A stretch of 32,000 nt of DNA from an uncultured Acidobacteriota bacterium (GTDB lineage: Bacteria > Acidobacteriota > Vicinamibacteria > Vicinamibacterales > 2-12-FULL-66-21): assembly GCA_963847125.1 (NCBI GenBank), contig CAWJYM010000009.1, positions 1,282,170-1,314,169 on the forward strand, given 5' to 3'. Below the pieces are notes generated by a model, which had not been told where the DNA came from, did no database searches, and saw only the letters and a program-made list of their open reading frames with translations. The first letter of the stretch is position 1, and each line of letters starts with the position of its first letter. Below are positions 7,673 to 17,145 of the stretch, piece after piece. Both the position numbers and the translations under genes were made by a program.

Positions 7673-10489
7673 CTAGTAGGACGCTGTCAAACGGGCGTAG
7701 ACATTGATTCCGGGCGCATCGACGCCGGAGCCATGAATGCGGTAGTTGCGATCCAGCACGTTGGTGATTGCCAGATTCAGGTTGAGGTTGGACGTGATCG
7801 ACACACCTGCTTCCAGGCTCAGGGAGGCAAAGGCGGACGTGTCGAGATACAGCGGCACTCGCGTCCCGTCGTCGACGATCGTCACCCCGTTGATGGTGGC
7901 GCCGATCGGGAGCACGCGATCGCGGATCTGCGCCACCGTCTCGTTGGTCAGCGCGAACACATCGTCGGCGGTGCCGAACGACCCGTCGTTTCCGGCCGAT
8001 AGAAACGGTCTGATGAGGCCGCCGCGGAAGAAGTCCGAGATGTCGGTCCGTCTGCGCGCGGCGCCGATGCGCTCGTCCGTGACGTCGCCTCCACTCAGCT
8101 CCTTCTGAGCCCCGCTGAGCAGCGCGCTGGCACCGATCCACGAGAGCCGCCGCCCGCCGGGCTGAAACCGTATGGACATCCCGCCTTGTTGCGGCGGCAG
8201 CCGCCGCACGGGCCGCGTCGGATGCAGGTCGTGTCCGACCAGGTACGAGTAGCTCGTTTCGGTGAACCAGCGCGGCGACAGGCGCCAGGTCATCAGCGCG
8301 TCGATACCGTAGTAGCGAGCGGAGCCATCGTTGACGAACGCCTTCACCGCCCGCGGATCGAAGGCGGTGGCGACGCTGGCCACGCCCTGGACGCGCTGCG
8401 CGGAGGTGGGCGGAATCATCGTCACCGGCAGGCCCGCGAGCGTCGCGGGGAGCTGGTCGATCGGAAACGTCAAGGTTCGTCTCACGATCGGATTCGTCAA
8501 CTCCGCGTCGAAGGCGTGCGCACGCGCGTAGAGGCCGCGCCATCGCAGGACGGCACCGACCTCGTAGTTCATCAGGCTCTCTGCCTCGAGATCGCTCACG
8601 CGCCTGCCGCTCGACAACACACCCTCGCCGTCGCTCGCTCCCACAAACGCACCTGCCCCCACGGTGGCTTGTGCCGGAACCTCGTAGCCGAGGTCGTTCA
8701 GGCCGAGCGCTCCCAGATCGTTCAGGTTCGGCGCGCGGAAGCCGCGCCCGACGAGCGCGTTGATGGCCAGGACCTCGGTGGCCTGCCACGTCAGCCCGAC
8801 ATTGAACGCCCAGTTCTGGAAGGACTGCGACGAGTCGACAACGCCGAGGCTCTGACCGACGTCGTCGAGGTTGCGATCCGCGAACGTATCGACGTCGACG
8901 CGCGTGAACCGGGCACCGAAGTTCGCTTTCACTCCTCCGCGCGCCGCGCCCCGGACGATGTCGACCGTATCCTGCACGAAGAGTCCGGCCGTCCTGTATC
9001 GCGATCCGTTGGGATAGAGCGCTCGCCTCTGCTGGGTCGCGCCCGTCGCCGGATCGGTCTGATGACGCTCGGCGTCGATGTGCTCGTCGTAGATCTCGGC
9101 GCCGAAGACCAGCGCCTGACGGCTCGCGACGTGGACGCCCGCCTGCACTGCATACCCGAAGGCCCCGACCCGGACGTCGTCGTCAACGATCGGATCCGTC
9201 GTGCGCAGGCCCTGCCGGATCGATCCGTCGCCTTGCGAGTTGAGAGAAAACGTACCCGTGAGCCAGTCCAGGCCTCCAACGTCGAGCTTTTCGTAGCGTG
9301 TATAGAAAAAGTGCAGCCGCTGCGGATCGAAGTCCGAGCGCAGGCGCCCGAGACCGCCCCAGAGGTCCTTGTAGCCGCGCACGTCCTGCTGATCGCTGTA
9401 TTGATACCAGGAGGTCAGGCTCTGCTGATGGCCCAGTCGTGCCGCGACCTTGGTGTTGAAGCCGGACTGCGCGAAGCCGGTATCGAGCTGGCGGGTGCCG
9501 GTGATCTCCTCGATTTGCGGATCCGAGAGCCCGAAGAAGCGCCGCAGAACGTGATGCGAGTCGCTCCCGTCGCCCGCGCGAAGATCGTTGAGACGACGCC
9601 AGGATCCGCCCACGTTCCACGAGATGTTCTGTGTGGCGATCGCCGCACCCGCGTCGCCGCCACCCGACTGGTCCGCGGTGCCGCCGAACACGCTCACGCC
9701 ACCCTTGACGTTCACGCGCCCGCTGCCGCCGAAGTGCGACCGGGGCGTCAGCACGTGGATGGCGCCTCCGAGCGCGTCGCTGCCGAACTGCGAGCTGGCA
9801 GGCCCCAGCATCGCTTCGATCTGTTGAACCTGGCTCGGATCGACGAATGCCAGGTACTGGTTGGGTCCGGAACGAAACGTGGAGTTGTTGAACCGGATCC
9901 CGTCAACCAGGTTCAACACCTGATAGCCGGTCAACCCGCGCAGGAACGGGGACGATTGACCGTACGTGCTCTGCTGTACCATCACCCCGGGGGCGCCGTC
10001 GAGGGCGCTTCCGATCGTAGAAAGGGGACGTGTCCGGAAATCATCCGAGCGAACGGTCACGACGGCGCCTGCCTCCTCGATATCCGAGGCGATCCCCGTC
10101 TGCGCGGTCACGGTGACCTCGCTTCGAAATCCCGCGAGGCCGAGCGATACATCGAGCGGCGGCGCCTCTCGCGCGCTGAGCTCCACGCTCATCCGTCGCT
10201 CCTGGAAAGCGGGCGCCGCAACCTCCAGCCAATACGTCCCGGGAGGCAACCCAGCGATCGTGAACGCGCCGGCCGCGTCGGTGCCGCCCTGTTGCAGCAC
10301 GGTGCCCTGGCTGCTCCGCAGAACCCAACGGGCTCCCGCAATCGCCCCGCCGGACTCTTCGACGACCGTCACCCGTCTCTGAATTTCCTGGGCGCCCGCG
10401 GAGAAGGGCACACCCAAGGCGCCTGTCAGAAGCGCGACGGTGACGAACACGAAGCGCTGACCAATCGTCGATGCCGGAACAGATGTCAC
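7673..10489 (-). CDS. TonB-dependent outer-membrane receptor with N-terminal CarboxypepD_reg-like domain
   Basis: ORF 7673..10615 is trimmed to GTG 10489 (GAGGAGG 5 nt upstream). This gives signal peptide (M)[34 protein letters not shown]. The CarboxypepD_reg-like region reads [44 protein letters not shown]. Plug motifs are [24 protein letters not shown] and [22 protein letters not shown] long barrel ends in aromatic ...VYARLTASY. Confidence 0.9.
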   Translation of the reverse strand: MTSVPASTIGQRFVFVTVALLTGALGVPFSAGAQEIQRRVTVVEESGGAIAGARWVLRSSQGTVLQQGGTDAAGAFTIAGLPPGTYWLEVAAPAFQERRMSVELSAREAPPLDVSLGLAGFRSEVTVTAQTGIASDIEEAGAVVTVRSDDFRTRPLSTIGSALDGAPGVMVQQSTYGQSSPFLRGLTGYQVLNLVDGIRFNNSTFRSGPNQYLAFVDPSQVQQIEAMLGPASSQFGSDALGGAIHVLTPRSHFGGSGRVNVKGGVSVFGGTADQSGGGDAGAAIATQNISWNVGGSWRRLNDLRAGDGSDSHHVLRRFFGLSDPQIEEITGTRQLDTGFAQSGFNTKVAARLGHQQSLTSWYQYSDQQDVRGYKDLWGGLGRLRSDFDPQRLHFFYTRYEKLDVGGLDWLTGTFSLNSQGDGSIRQGLRTTDPIVDDDVRVGAFGYAVQAGVHVASRQALVFGAEIYDEHIDAERHQTDPATGATQQRRALYPNGSRYRTAGLFVQDTVDIVRGAARGGVKANFGARFTRVDVDTFADRNLDDVGQSLGVVDSSQSFQNWAFNVGLTWQATEVLAINALVGRGFRAPNLNDLGALGLNDLGYEVPAQATVGAGAFVGASDGEGVLSSGRRVSDLEAESLMNYEVGAVLRWRGLYARAHAFDAELTNPIVRRTLTFPIDQLPATLAGLPVTMIPPTSAQRVQGVASVATAFDPRAVKAFVNDGSARYYGIDALMTWRLSPRWFTETSYSYLVGHDLHPTRPVRRLPPQQGGMSIRFQPGGRRLSWIGASALLSGAQKELSGGDVTDERIGAARRRTDISDFFRGGLIRPFLSAGNDGSFGTADDVFALTNETVAQIRDRVLPIGATINGVTIVDDGTRVPLYLDTSAFASLSLEAGVSITSNLNLNLAITNVLDRNYRIHGSGVDAPGINVYARLTASY

Positions 10490-10668
10490 GACTGCCTCCT
10501 CGAACTTCTGGCGCCACGAGCTCGTCCGCTCGTGGATGTGGTTCACCACGACCGAAGCCGGGAGGGCAATATAGGTGGTAGGTGTGACGCGGGACTCACG
10601 AGCCAAAGACTGCAACGTAAAGAGTCGAGGCTCGGCGCTGTCCCCGTTTTCTCAACGGCAGAGGCAGC

Positions 10669-10698
10669 TTGAACAACTCATCAAAACGGCAGCATAAT
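10669..10698 (+). promoter_or_regulatory. Candidate sigma-70-like promoter for the small outer-membrane protein gene
   Basis: TTGAAC (10669-10674), an 18-nt spacer, then CATAAT (10693-10698), about 40 nt upstream of ATG 10740. It lies in a locally AT-richer divergent intergenic region. This is a pattern match only. Confidence 0.3.
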
Positions 10699-10739
10699 CG
10701 GCGTTGCTCGTTCCACAGTTTCCGTCGAAAGGACTGTCC

Positions 10740-11273
10740 ATGCGCATTCCACGTCTGTGGCTCGTCCTCGGTGCGCTACTGCTGATACCCACCGCAGCCC
10801 GCGCCGATGATCACCGGGCCCGCGCGTACGCCGCTCTGTCGAATGCATACCGGAGCGCTCTCGGGGGGTTCTACGCCTCGGGCGAGGTGACAGTGCCGAA
10901 GCCGTGGGACAGAGATCTCAGCGTGCTCGTCGACTTTGGCGCTTACTGGGGATCACATGACGACAACGATCTGAGGCACATCACCTTTATGGCTGGCCCC
11001 GGCTGGACGATCCCGCCGAAGGAGAAGAAGCAGAAGCACCTCGCGTCTGTGCATGTGCTGCTCGGCCTCGTGAACACTGACGACGAGCTCAACATCGAGG
11101 ACGGCACGGACTTCGCTTTTGCGCTGGGCGTCGCGTGGGAATTCGTCCCGGGCCGCAGCGAGGAAAAAGAGGGGCTGGGGATGCGAACGCAGTTCGATAT
11201 CGTTGTCCGGCCTGGCGACGAAGGCAATTTCCCCAGGCTCTCCGTTGGGGCCGTCTACAGGTTCAAGCACTAG
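10740..11273 (+). CDS. Small secreted protein, probable outer-membrane beta-barrel (function unknown)
   Basis: ORF 10704..11273 is trimmed to ATG 10740 (GAAAGGA 6 nt upstream). The signal peptide is MRIPRLWLVLGALLLIPTAARA. Alternating hydrophobic strand-like segments include FAFALGVAWEFV and LSVGAVYRFKH at the C-terminus. Confidence 0.6.
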   Translation: MRIPRLWLVLGALLLIPTAARADDHRARAYAALSNAYRSALGGFYASGEVTVPKPWDRDLSVLVDFGAYWGSHDDNDLRHITFMAGPGWTIPPKEKKQKHLASVHVLLGLVNTDDELNIEDGTDFAFALGVAWEFVPGRSEEKEGLGMRTQFDIVVRPGDEGNFPRLSVGAVYRFKH

Positions 11274-11291
11274 CCTCTGGCTATATGGGGA

Positions 11292-13964
11292 GTGGAACCC
11301 CGATCCGTGGCTAAGCCACTGCGCGCGTCCTCGAAAGCCTCCGGGATTCTCTCACCCGGCGAGGCTCTCGGCCCCTACAAGATCGTGGGCCTGCTCGGCT
11401 CGGGCGGCATGGGTGTGGTCTATCGCGCGCACGACCCGCGCCTGGGACGGGATGTTGCCCTCAAGGTTCTGCGCTGGCCGTCGGCCGACACCGAGCGGGT
11501 CGCGAGGTTCAGCCGCGAGGCGCGCGCCGCCGGCAGCCTGAATCACCCGAACATCGTCGCCGTGTTCGACGTGGGCACAGAGGAAGGCGTGCCCTATGTC
11601 GTCACCGAGATCCTTGAAGGCGAGACGTTGCGGGCGCGGCTGGATCACGGGCAGCTGCCGTACCGCAAGGCGGTCGAGTACGGCATACACATCGCTCTGG
11701 CGCTCGACGCCGCGCACGGCAAGGGCATCTGGCACCGGGATGTGAAGCCCGCCAACGTGTTCATCACGGCTGACGGGCGCGTGAAACTCCTCGACTTCGG
11801 CATTGCGAAGCTGAGCGAACGGGAGGCTCAGACGCAGTCGGACGAGCCGACCCTCGAGGACAGCAAGGCTGGCGAGATCCGCGGCACGGCCGGCTATATG
11901 TCGCCCGAGCAGGTGCTGGGGCGTGATGTCGACCATCGCACCGACATCTTTGCGCTCGGTGCCATGTTGTACGAGATGTTCACCGGCGTGCGCGCCTTCC
12001 AGCGCCCGTCGACCGTGGAAACAATGACCGCGATCCTCCAGCAGGATCCGGTGGACCCGCTCACGATCAACACGAGCCTGTCCCCCGTCGCGGCCGCGGT
12101 CGTCCGACGCTGCCTCGAAAAGAACCGGGAGGAGCGCTTCCAGTCCGCGCGCGACCTGGCGTTCGATCTTCAGCAGCTTCGCGACCTCACGGCTGGAGGC
12201 CGGCCGCTCGGAGCCGCGCCCCGGGCTCTCGGCCGCAAGGCGCTCGCCGCCATCCTGGCGGCGGTGGTCCTCGGAGGAGCTGCGCTGGCGATGCTCCTCC
12301 TGCGGCCCGGGCCGGAGCCTGCTTTCGAGCAGCTCACGTTCCGCCGCGGACGCATCGGCGGGGCGCGATTCGTGTCAGACGGACAGGCCGTCGTGTACAG
12401 CGAGGCTCGGCAGGGGAACGCGCTGGAGGTCTCGCGGGTCGACCTCGCCGAGAGACAGCGAGCTGACCAGCGCCCGGTCGCTCCCCCGGCGTCAAGTCCG
12501 CTCGGCTACCCTCTCGGCACGGACGTCCTGGCCGCCCGCGCGGGACAGCTGGCACTCTCCCTGCGCCGCCGTTTCGTGCTGGGTGAACGCTTCGTCGGAA
12601 CGCTCGGATTGGCGCCCATTGGCGGCGGCTCTCCACGCGAGGTGGCAGAGAACATCGAGGATGCGGACTGGGACTGGTCGGGAACGCAGCTCGCTGTGGT
12701 TCGATCAACCGGCGACGTGGGAGGCCAGAGCCAGATCGAATACCCGATCGGCCAAACGCTGCACAAGACGGCAGGCTCCATTCGCTTCCTGCGCGTGTCG
12801 CCCGACGGTCAACGAATCGCGTTCCTGGAAGACCCGGTCGGCCGCGGCGTCAGCGGGCGGGTCGCTGTGGTGGACATGGCCGGCAACGTAACGGCTCTCA
12901 CCGACGAGTTGCCGAGCGTGCGCGGCCTCGCCTGGTCGGCCGACGGTGGTGAGATCTGGTTCACTGCCGGCGACGTGCGGACGAACCGGGCGCTGCGCGC
13001 AGTCTCCCTCGAACGCAAGGAGCGCCTCATTCTCGCGGCGCCCGGCTCGCTGACTTTGTGGGACATCGCCCGGGACGGGCGCGTCCTGCTCACGCGCGAC
13101 GAGGAACGCAGGGCGATGGTCGGTGTTCCACCGGGCGAGACGACCGAACGCGATCTGTCCTGGTTCGACAACTCGGGGGTGGCTGACATTTCGGAGGATG
13201 GCCAGTGGATCCTGTTCGCTGACCGTTTCGGGGTCTACGTTCGCGGGACAGACGGATCGCCTGCCACCCATCTCGGCCTGACCGACGGGTTTGCTGACGC
13301 GCTCTCTCCGGATGGGGAGACGGTCCTGGCCACGAGAAACCGTGCGAGTGAGCTCGTCCTGATCCCGAGGAAAGCCGGCAACCATGTTCGGCTGCCTGCT
13401 CACGGCATCACCACCTATCGGGGCGGCCGCTGGTTCCCGGACGGTCGCCGTGTCCTGTTCACGGGAAGCAAGCCCGGGAGCGATATCCGTTCCTACATTC
13501 AGGACGTCAGCGGTGGCGCGCCGCGTGCGCTGACGTCCGAGAACACCTGGGCCCTGTCGATCTCGCCGGACGGCGAATGGACCGCCGCGATCGGCTCCGG
13601 GCAGGCGATCTCGCTCTGGCCGGTGGCGGGCGGCGAGGCGCCGCGTCCGGTGCACGGTACGCAACCGGGCGAACGGCCAGTGGCCTGGAGCGCAGACGGA
13701 CGATCGCTGTGGCTCTTCCGGCGGGGCGAAGTACCCGCTCACGTGTACCAGGTTGGATATCGCGACGGGCCGGCGGCACCTCTGGAAGACGCTGGTCCCG
13801 CCCGACGCCGCCGGCGTGTACTCGATCATCGAATTCGAGGTCACATCCAAGGGGCACGCGTATGTGTACAGCTACACGCGCCTGCTGTCACAGCTCTATC
13901 TGGTCCGCGGCTTGAAATAGCGTCGACAAGCCGTTCGGGGACTCTCGACGAGTCGTCTACATGA
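11292..13964 (+). CDS. Ser/Thr protein kinase with one TM helix and a TolB-like WD40 beta-propeller; 3' end frameshifted (restored frame stops at 13920)
   Basis: Kinase motifs are GSGGMGVVYRA, VALKVL, HRDVKPANV, DFGIAKL and GTAGYMSPEQ. The TM helix is ALAAILAAVVLGGAALAMLLL. Propeller repeats are SPDGQRIAF, WSADGGEIWF, ISEDGQWILF, LSPDGETVLA, WFPDGRRVLF, ISPDGEWTAA and WSADGRSLWL. After ...PAHVYQ the listed frame is Arg-rich junk. The +1 frame reads LDIATGRRHLWKTLVPPDAAGVYSIIEFEVTSKGHAYVYSYTRLLSQLYLVRGLK*. Confidence 0.9.
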   Translation: MEPRSVAKPLRASSKASGILSPGEALGPYKIVGLLGSGGMGVVYRAHDPRLGRDVALKVLRWPSADTERVARFSREARAAGSLNHPNIVAVFDVGTEEGVPYVVTEILEGETLRARLDHGQLPYRKAVEYGIHIALALDAAHGKGIWHRDVKPANVFITADGRVKLLDFGIAKLSEREAQTQSDEPTLEDSKAGEIRGTAGYMSPEQVLGRDVDHRTDIFALGAMLYEMFTGVRAFQRPSTVETMTAILQQDPVDPLTINTSLSPVAAAVVRRCLEKNREERFQSARDLAFDLQQLRDLTAGGRPLGAAPRALGRKALAAILAAVVLGGAALAMLLLRPGPEPAFEQLTFRRGRIGGARFVSDGQAVVYSEARQGNALEVSRVDLAERQRADQRPVAPPASSPLGYPLGTDVLAARAGQLALSLRRRFVLGERFVGTLGLAPIGGGSPREVAENIEDADWDWSGTQLAVVRSTGDVGGQSQIEYPIGQTLHKTAGSIRFLRVSPDGQRIAFLEDPVGRGVSGRVAVVDMAGNVTALTDELPSVRGLAWSADGGEIWFTAGDVRTNRALRAVSLERKERLILAAPGSLTLWDIARDGRVLLTRDEERRAMVGVPPGETTERDLSWFDNSGVADISEDGQWILFADRFGVYVRGTDGSPATHLGLTDGFADALSPDGETVLATRNRASELVLIPRKAGNHVRLPAHGITTYRGGRWFPDGRRVLFTGSKPGSDIRSYIQDVSGGAPRALTSENTWALSISPDGEWTAAIGSGQAISLWPVAGGEAPRPVHGTQPGERPVAWSADGRSLWLFRRGEVPAHVYQVGYRDGPAAPLEDAGPARRRRRVLDHRIRGHIQGARVCVQLHAPAVTALSGPRLEIASTSRSGTLDESST

Positions 13965-14244
13965 GGCGCGACGCCGCGGTCCGCGCGTCGATGCCGGACA
14001 CACGCACGCGTTTCTGACGCGAGCGTTCCCCGGCGACGATCGAGACGGCGCGCGCCGGGACGTCGAGCGCCGCGGCGATGAGGTCAATCAACTCGTCGTT
14101 CGCCTTGCCGTCAACAGGAGGCGCCTGCAGTCGCGCGAGGAGGGCGTCGCCGCGCGTGCCGCTCAGGCATGACCGGCCGGACCGCGGGATCACCCGCACA
14201 GTGATGACGACCCCGTCCGGCGTGGGCTGAATGATCTCCGCCAC
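13957..14244 (-). CDS. DUF167 (YggU-like) family protein
   Basis: The 95-aa ORF starts at GTG 14244. The pattern VVITVRVIPRSGRS...LQAPPVDGKANDELIDLIAAALDVPARAVSIVAGERSRQKRVRV matches the remembered DUF167 signature (ApP.dGkAN ... G..sR.K.v.v). Confidence 0.85.
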   Translation of the reverse strand: MAEIIQPTPDGVVITVRVIPRSGRSCLSGTRGDALLARLQAPPVDGKANDELIDLIAAALDVPARAVSIVAGERSRQKRVRVSGIDARTAASRLM

Positions 14245-14285
14245 GACTCTGCACTATGCTCTCCCGGATAACCGGAGAGCAAGAC

Positions 14286-15647
14286 ATGAGACGAATCGTC
14301 GTGGCACTTGTGGTTCTATCGACCCTTCACACGTCGCTGCCCGCGGGCGCGCAGCCCCAGCCCGCGCCGGCGGCGCCGCAGAAGATCGTCGCCGTCCGGG
14401 CCGGGCGGCTCGTCGACCCCGAATCGGGCACCGTCGCGACGAACCAGGTGATCCTGGTCGAGGGGGAGCGGATCCGGCAGGTCGGCGCCGGTCTCGCGAT
14501 CCCGCCGGGCGCCGAGGTCATCGATCTCTCGAACCTGACGGTCCTGCCGGGCCTCGTGGACGCGCACACGCACATGGCCATCACCTACAAAGAGGTCCCG
14601 GAGAGCAACATCTATTACCTGACGTTCGTGCTCGACTCGACGCCGCTGCGCGCGATCCAGGCGGCGTCGAACGCCATGCAGCTGCTCGCCTCCGGATTCA
14701 CGGTCGTTCGCGACGTCGGCAACAACGCGATGTACGCCGACACGGCGCTGCGCGCCGCGATCGAGCAGGGCTGGCTGCCGGGCCCGACGATCATTCCATC
14801 CGGGCTGATCATCGGAGGGACCGGCGGACAGTTCACGCCGACGCCCGAGATGTACAAGCAGCACAGCCTCGTGTATCCCGAATACCTCGAAGCGAACACG
14901 CCGGACGAGATCGTCAAAGCGGTGCGGGAGAACCTGCTGTTCGGAGCAAAGACGATCAAGATCTGCGTGGATTGCAAGCCGTGGGGCTACTCGGTGGACG
15001 ACATCAAGCTGTTCATCGCCGAGGCCGCCAAGGGGGGCGCGAAGGTCGACGGGCACGTCCAGACCCGCGAGGGCGGACAACGCGCCATCGACGCGGGCAT
15101 CCACGTGATCTCCCACGGCCAGCAGCTCACGCCGGAACAGCACGCCCAGATGGCGCAGAAGACCATCTACCTCGCCAGCACCGACACGCCGTTCACCCCG
15201 TATCGCGGGACGGAACAGGGGCAGAAGCGCGCCGCGGACCAGCTCCGGAGCGCCTGGCAGAAGGGCGTGCCGGTGACGTTCTCGACCGACATGGACTACT
15301 GGAACGAGCGCATGACGAAGCCGAACGGCGGGTGGATGACCCGCGGCGATCTCACGATCAACTTCCTGCTGACGTGGAAAGCGGCGGGCATCGCTGCGAA
15401 GGACACGCTGAAGGCGCTCACGATCAACGGCTACAAGGCGGCCGACGTGTACCACGAGCGCGGCCCGATCAAGGCGGGCAACTACGCCGACTTCATCGCC
15501 GTCACCGGCAATCCGCTCGACGATGTCGACGCGCTCCGGAACGTGCAGTTCGTGATGAAGAACGGCGCGGTGTTCAAGAAGAACGGCGCCATCACGGTGG
15601 ACACGCTCCTGAACCCGGGGCCGGTGAACGGATGGAGGCGGCGATGA
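14286..15647 (+). CDS. Secreted metal-dependent amidohydrolase-family protein (Amidohydro_1-type)
   Basis: ORF 14256..15647 is trimmed to ATG 14286 (GGAGAG 6 nt upstream). The signal peptide is MRRIVVALVVLSTLHTSLPAGAQ. Motifs include LPGLVDAHTHM (the HxH metal site), later His residues (VDGHVQT, VISHGQQ) and Asp (FSTDMDYW), and C-terminal GNYADFIAVTGNPLDDV. Confidence 0.9.
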   Translation: MRRIVVALVVLSTLHTSLPAGAQPQPAPAAPQKIVAVRAGRLVDPESGTVATNQVILVEGERIRQVGAGLAIPPGAEVIDLSNLTVLPGLVDAHTHMAITYKEVPESNIYYLTFVLDSTPLRAIQAASNAMQLLASGFTVVRDVGNNAMYADTALRAAIEQGWLPGPTIIPSGLIIGGTGGQFTPTPEMYKQHSLVYPEYLEANTPDEIVKAVRENLLFGAKTIKICVDCKPWGYSVDDIKLFIAEAAKGGAKVDGHVQTREGGQRAIDAGIHVISHGQQLTPEQHAQMAQKTIYLASTDTPFTPYRGTEQGQKRAADQLRSAWQKGVPVTFSTDMDYWNERMTKPNGGWMTRGDLTINFLLTWKAAGIAAKDTLKALTINGYKAADVYHERGPIKAGNYADFIAVTGNPLDDVDALRNVQFVMKNGAVFKKNGAITVDTLLNPGPVNGWRRR

Positions 15648-15648
15648 G

Positions 15649-15942
15649 TCAGGCGGTCGGACGGTCGCCGATTGGAGCACCGGCCTTCGTGGCTGGAACG
15701 ACCTGGCGCCAACCCTGATCGAGCATCCAGCGTTTCCATCGTTCGGCCAGCATGAATGCCTCGCCTGCGCGGTCGCACCGTTCCGACTGCAGGGTTTCGT
15801 CGCCGACGACGACGCGGAGCTCCCACGCCCGCGGCCAGGCCATCAACGCGCACCGCGACGTGCGCCCCTGTCGCTGCATTGTCCAGAGAGTGCCCACGTC
15901 CTCGGCGGTTTCCTCACGCGTTTTAGGGGGTCGATTGCGCAT
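15649..15942 (-). CDS. Small hypothetical protein (97 aa) with Trp/Cys-rich motif
   Basis: AGGAGA lies 7-8 nt upstream of ATG 15942. The sequence is ...LWTMQRQGRTSRCALMAWPRAWELRVVVGDETLQSERCDRAGEAFMLAERWKRWMLDQGW. I recognise the general pattern (C-x-L...WELR...E-x-C...AE-W...GW) from uncharacterised small proteins, but cannot name a family. Confidence 0.5.
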   Translation of the reverse strand: MRNRPPKTREETAEDVGTLWTMQRQGRTSRCALMAWPRAWELRVVVGDETLQSERCDRAGEAFMLAERWKRWMLDQGWRQVVPATKAGAPIGDRPTA

Positions 15943-16204
15943 GACGGTTTCTCCTAGGGGCTTCAGGCAAACACCCTAGATCCTGCACCTCTGGAGTAAT
16001 CTCAACGTGAATCTTCGGCAACAACCGTGTGACCCGCTGGGGGATGCGATGCTCAGCTCGTCCATTACTTGAATTGCTTAAGGCGTGCACGGGCGTATGA
16101 TGCTCGACACGAACGCTTTACACGCCGGGGGTAGCCTTGCCCGATCCTGCCTGTTCACCGTCGCACGGCTCCCGGCGCGCGACTGCAGTTGCCAATCGGA
16201 GGTC

Positions 16205-17017
16205 ATGATGCGGATGGCAGTCTCGTGCCTGGCGGTCATGCTTGCCGGCGGATTGGTCGTCTCCCGGGCGCAGGAGGCCGGACCCACTCCGGGCAACGAG
16301 GCTCAGCCCCATGCCTTCCCGCACGTCGATCGGTTCCTCGACGCGGTTGACACGCCGCTCGTGAGCTACCGCGCGATACGGCGCCTCGAGGCGGCGTCAC
16401 GCAACGGAAAGATGAAGGCGTCGCTCACCGCGAGAACCACCCTCGATCCCGAGCGCGGCTTCCAGTTCGAAATCCTCGAGGAAACCGGGTCGGGCCTCAT
16501 CCGCTCGAAGGTGCTCCACGCGGCGCTCGAAGCGGAGCGGCGCGCGCGCAACTCCGGAGACCTCGCGCGGGGCGCGCTCAGCCGGACGAACTACGAGTTC
16601 GGGCAGGCCGAAGCCGCCGAGCTCGGCTTCGTGCGGGTCGGCATCAAGCCGCGCCGCTCGGACACCATGCTGGTCGTCGGGAGCATCCTGCTGACCGATG
16701 ACAATGCGGATCTCGTCTCCATCGAGGGACGGCTGGTGAAACGTCCGTCGTTCTGGACGCGGCGCGTCGATGTCGTGCGGCGGTACGCGCGCATCGCCGG
16801 CGTGCGCGTGCCGGTCTCGATGGAGTCGAAGGCCGAGGTGTTGATCGCCGGCCGTTCGACGTTCTCCATGCAGTACCAGGTACGAAGCGATCAACGAGGT
16901 CGCCGGTCTGGACGTGAGCCCCATGCCCCAGACCCCAGGCCCCAGTGCCCGCCGCTGATTTTTTACGCAGTGATCCAGCCAGCGCAACCGTATTGTCACG
17001 ACACGCCGGCACGATGA
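16205..17017 (+). CDS. Secreted LolA-like / lipoprotein-sorting-like beta-sandwich protein (tentative); 3' end probably frameshifted (restored frame stops at 16958)
   Basis: ORF 16085..17017 is trimmed to ATG 16205 (GGAGG at 16197-16201). The signal peptide is MMRMAVSCLAVMLAGGLVVSRAQE. The body (FQFEILEETGSGLIRSKVL, VRVGIKPRRSDTMLVVGSILLTDDNADLVSIEGRLVKRPSFWTRRVDVVRRY) resembles LolA_like proteins from memory. After ...STFSMQYQ the +1 frame reads YEAINEVAGLDVSPMPQTPGPSARR*. Confidence 0.6.
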   Translation: MMRMAVSCLAVMLAGGLVVSRAQEAGPTPGNEAQPHAFPHVDRFLDAVDTPLVSYRAIRRLEAASRNGKMKASLTARTTLDPERGFQFEILEETGSGLIRSKVLHAALEAERRARNSGDLARGALSRTNYEFGQAEAAELGFVRVGIKPRRSDTMLVVGSILLTDDNADLVSIEGRLVKRPSFWTRRVDVVRRYARIAGVRVPVSMESKAEVLIAGRSTFSMQYQVRSDQRGRRSGREPHAPDPRPQCPPLIFYAVIQPAQPYCHDTPAR

Positions 17018-17093
17018 TCCCATCCCGCGCGTGACCGGGCACGGTTCCAGCCCGCCCCTCCTCGTCGCCCGTCCCAGCAGGCGACCTCGCACG
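16956..17093 (+). repeat. Intergenic repeat, copy 1 (two degenerate GTGATCC...ACGGTTC modules plus a conserved hairpin module)
   Basis: 16956-17000 (TGATTTTTTACGCAGTGATCCAGCCAGCGCAACCGTATTGTCACG) and 17011-17047 (ACGATGATCCCATCCCGCGCGTGACCGGGCACGGTTC) both resemble 23494-23540. 17064-17093 (GTCGCCCGTCCCAGCAGGCGACCTCGCACG) equals 23558-23588 except for one T. It contains a perfect hairpin GTCGCC-N10-GGCGAC (17064-17085). The repeat ends 52 nt before the PHP gene start. Confidence 0.75.
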
Positions 17094-17145
17094 TAGAACA
17101 CATGTCCGTGCCGGGCCCTGCGCGCCGGCGCGGAGGAGGTCCGCC

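Noticed and set aside
8186-10672. 828-aa plus-strand ORF opposite the TonB-dependent receptor
   Set aside because: The reasoning is the same. The minus strand encodes an unmistakable plug and barrel, and the plus-strand product is Arg-rich junk.
15954-15979. Inverted repeat CTAGGG-N14-CCCTAG abutting the RBS of the small gene at 15942, considered as a translational-control hairpin
   Set aside because: It is only a 6-bp stem with a 14-nt loop and has no second copy or conservation evidence. It is easily produced by chance.
16069-16101. TTGAAT ... TATGAT promoter-like hexamers upstream of the LolA-like gene
   Set aside because: The spacer is 21 nt, or 15 nt with the alternative TTGCTT -35. 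Both fall outside the usual 16-18 nt window, so I do not report it as a feature.
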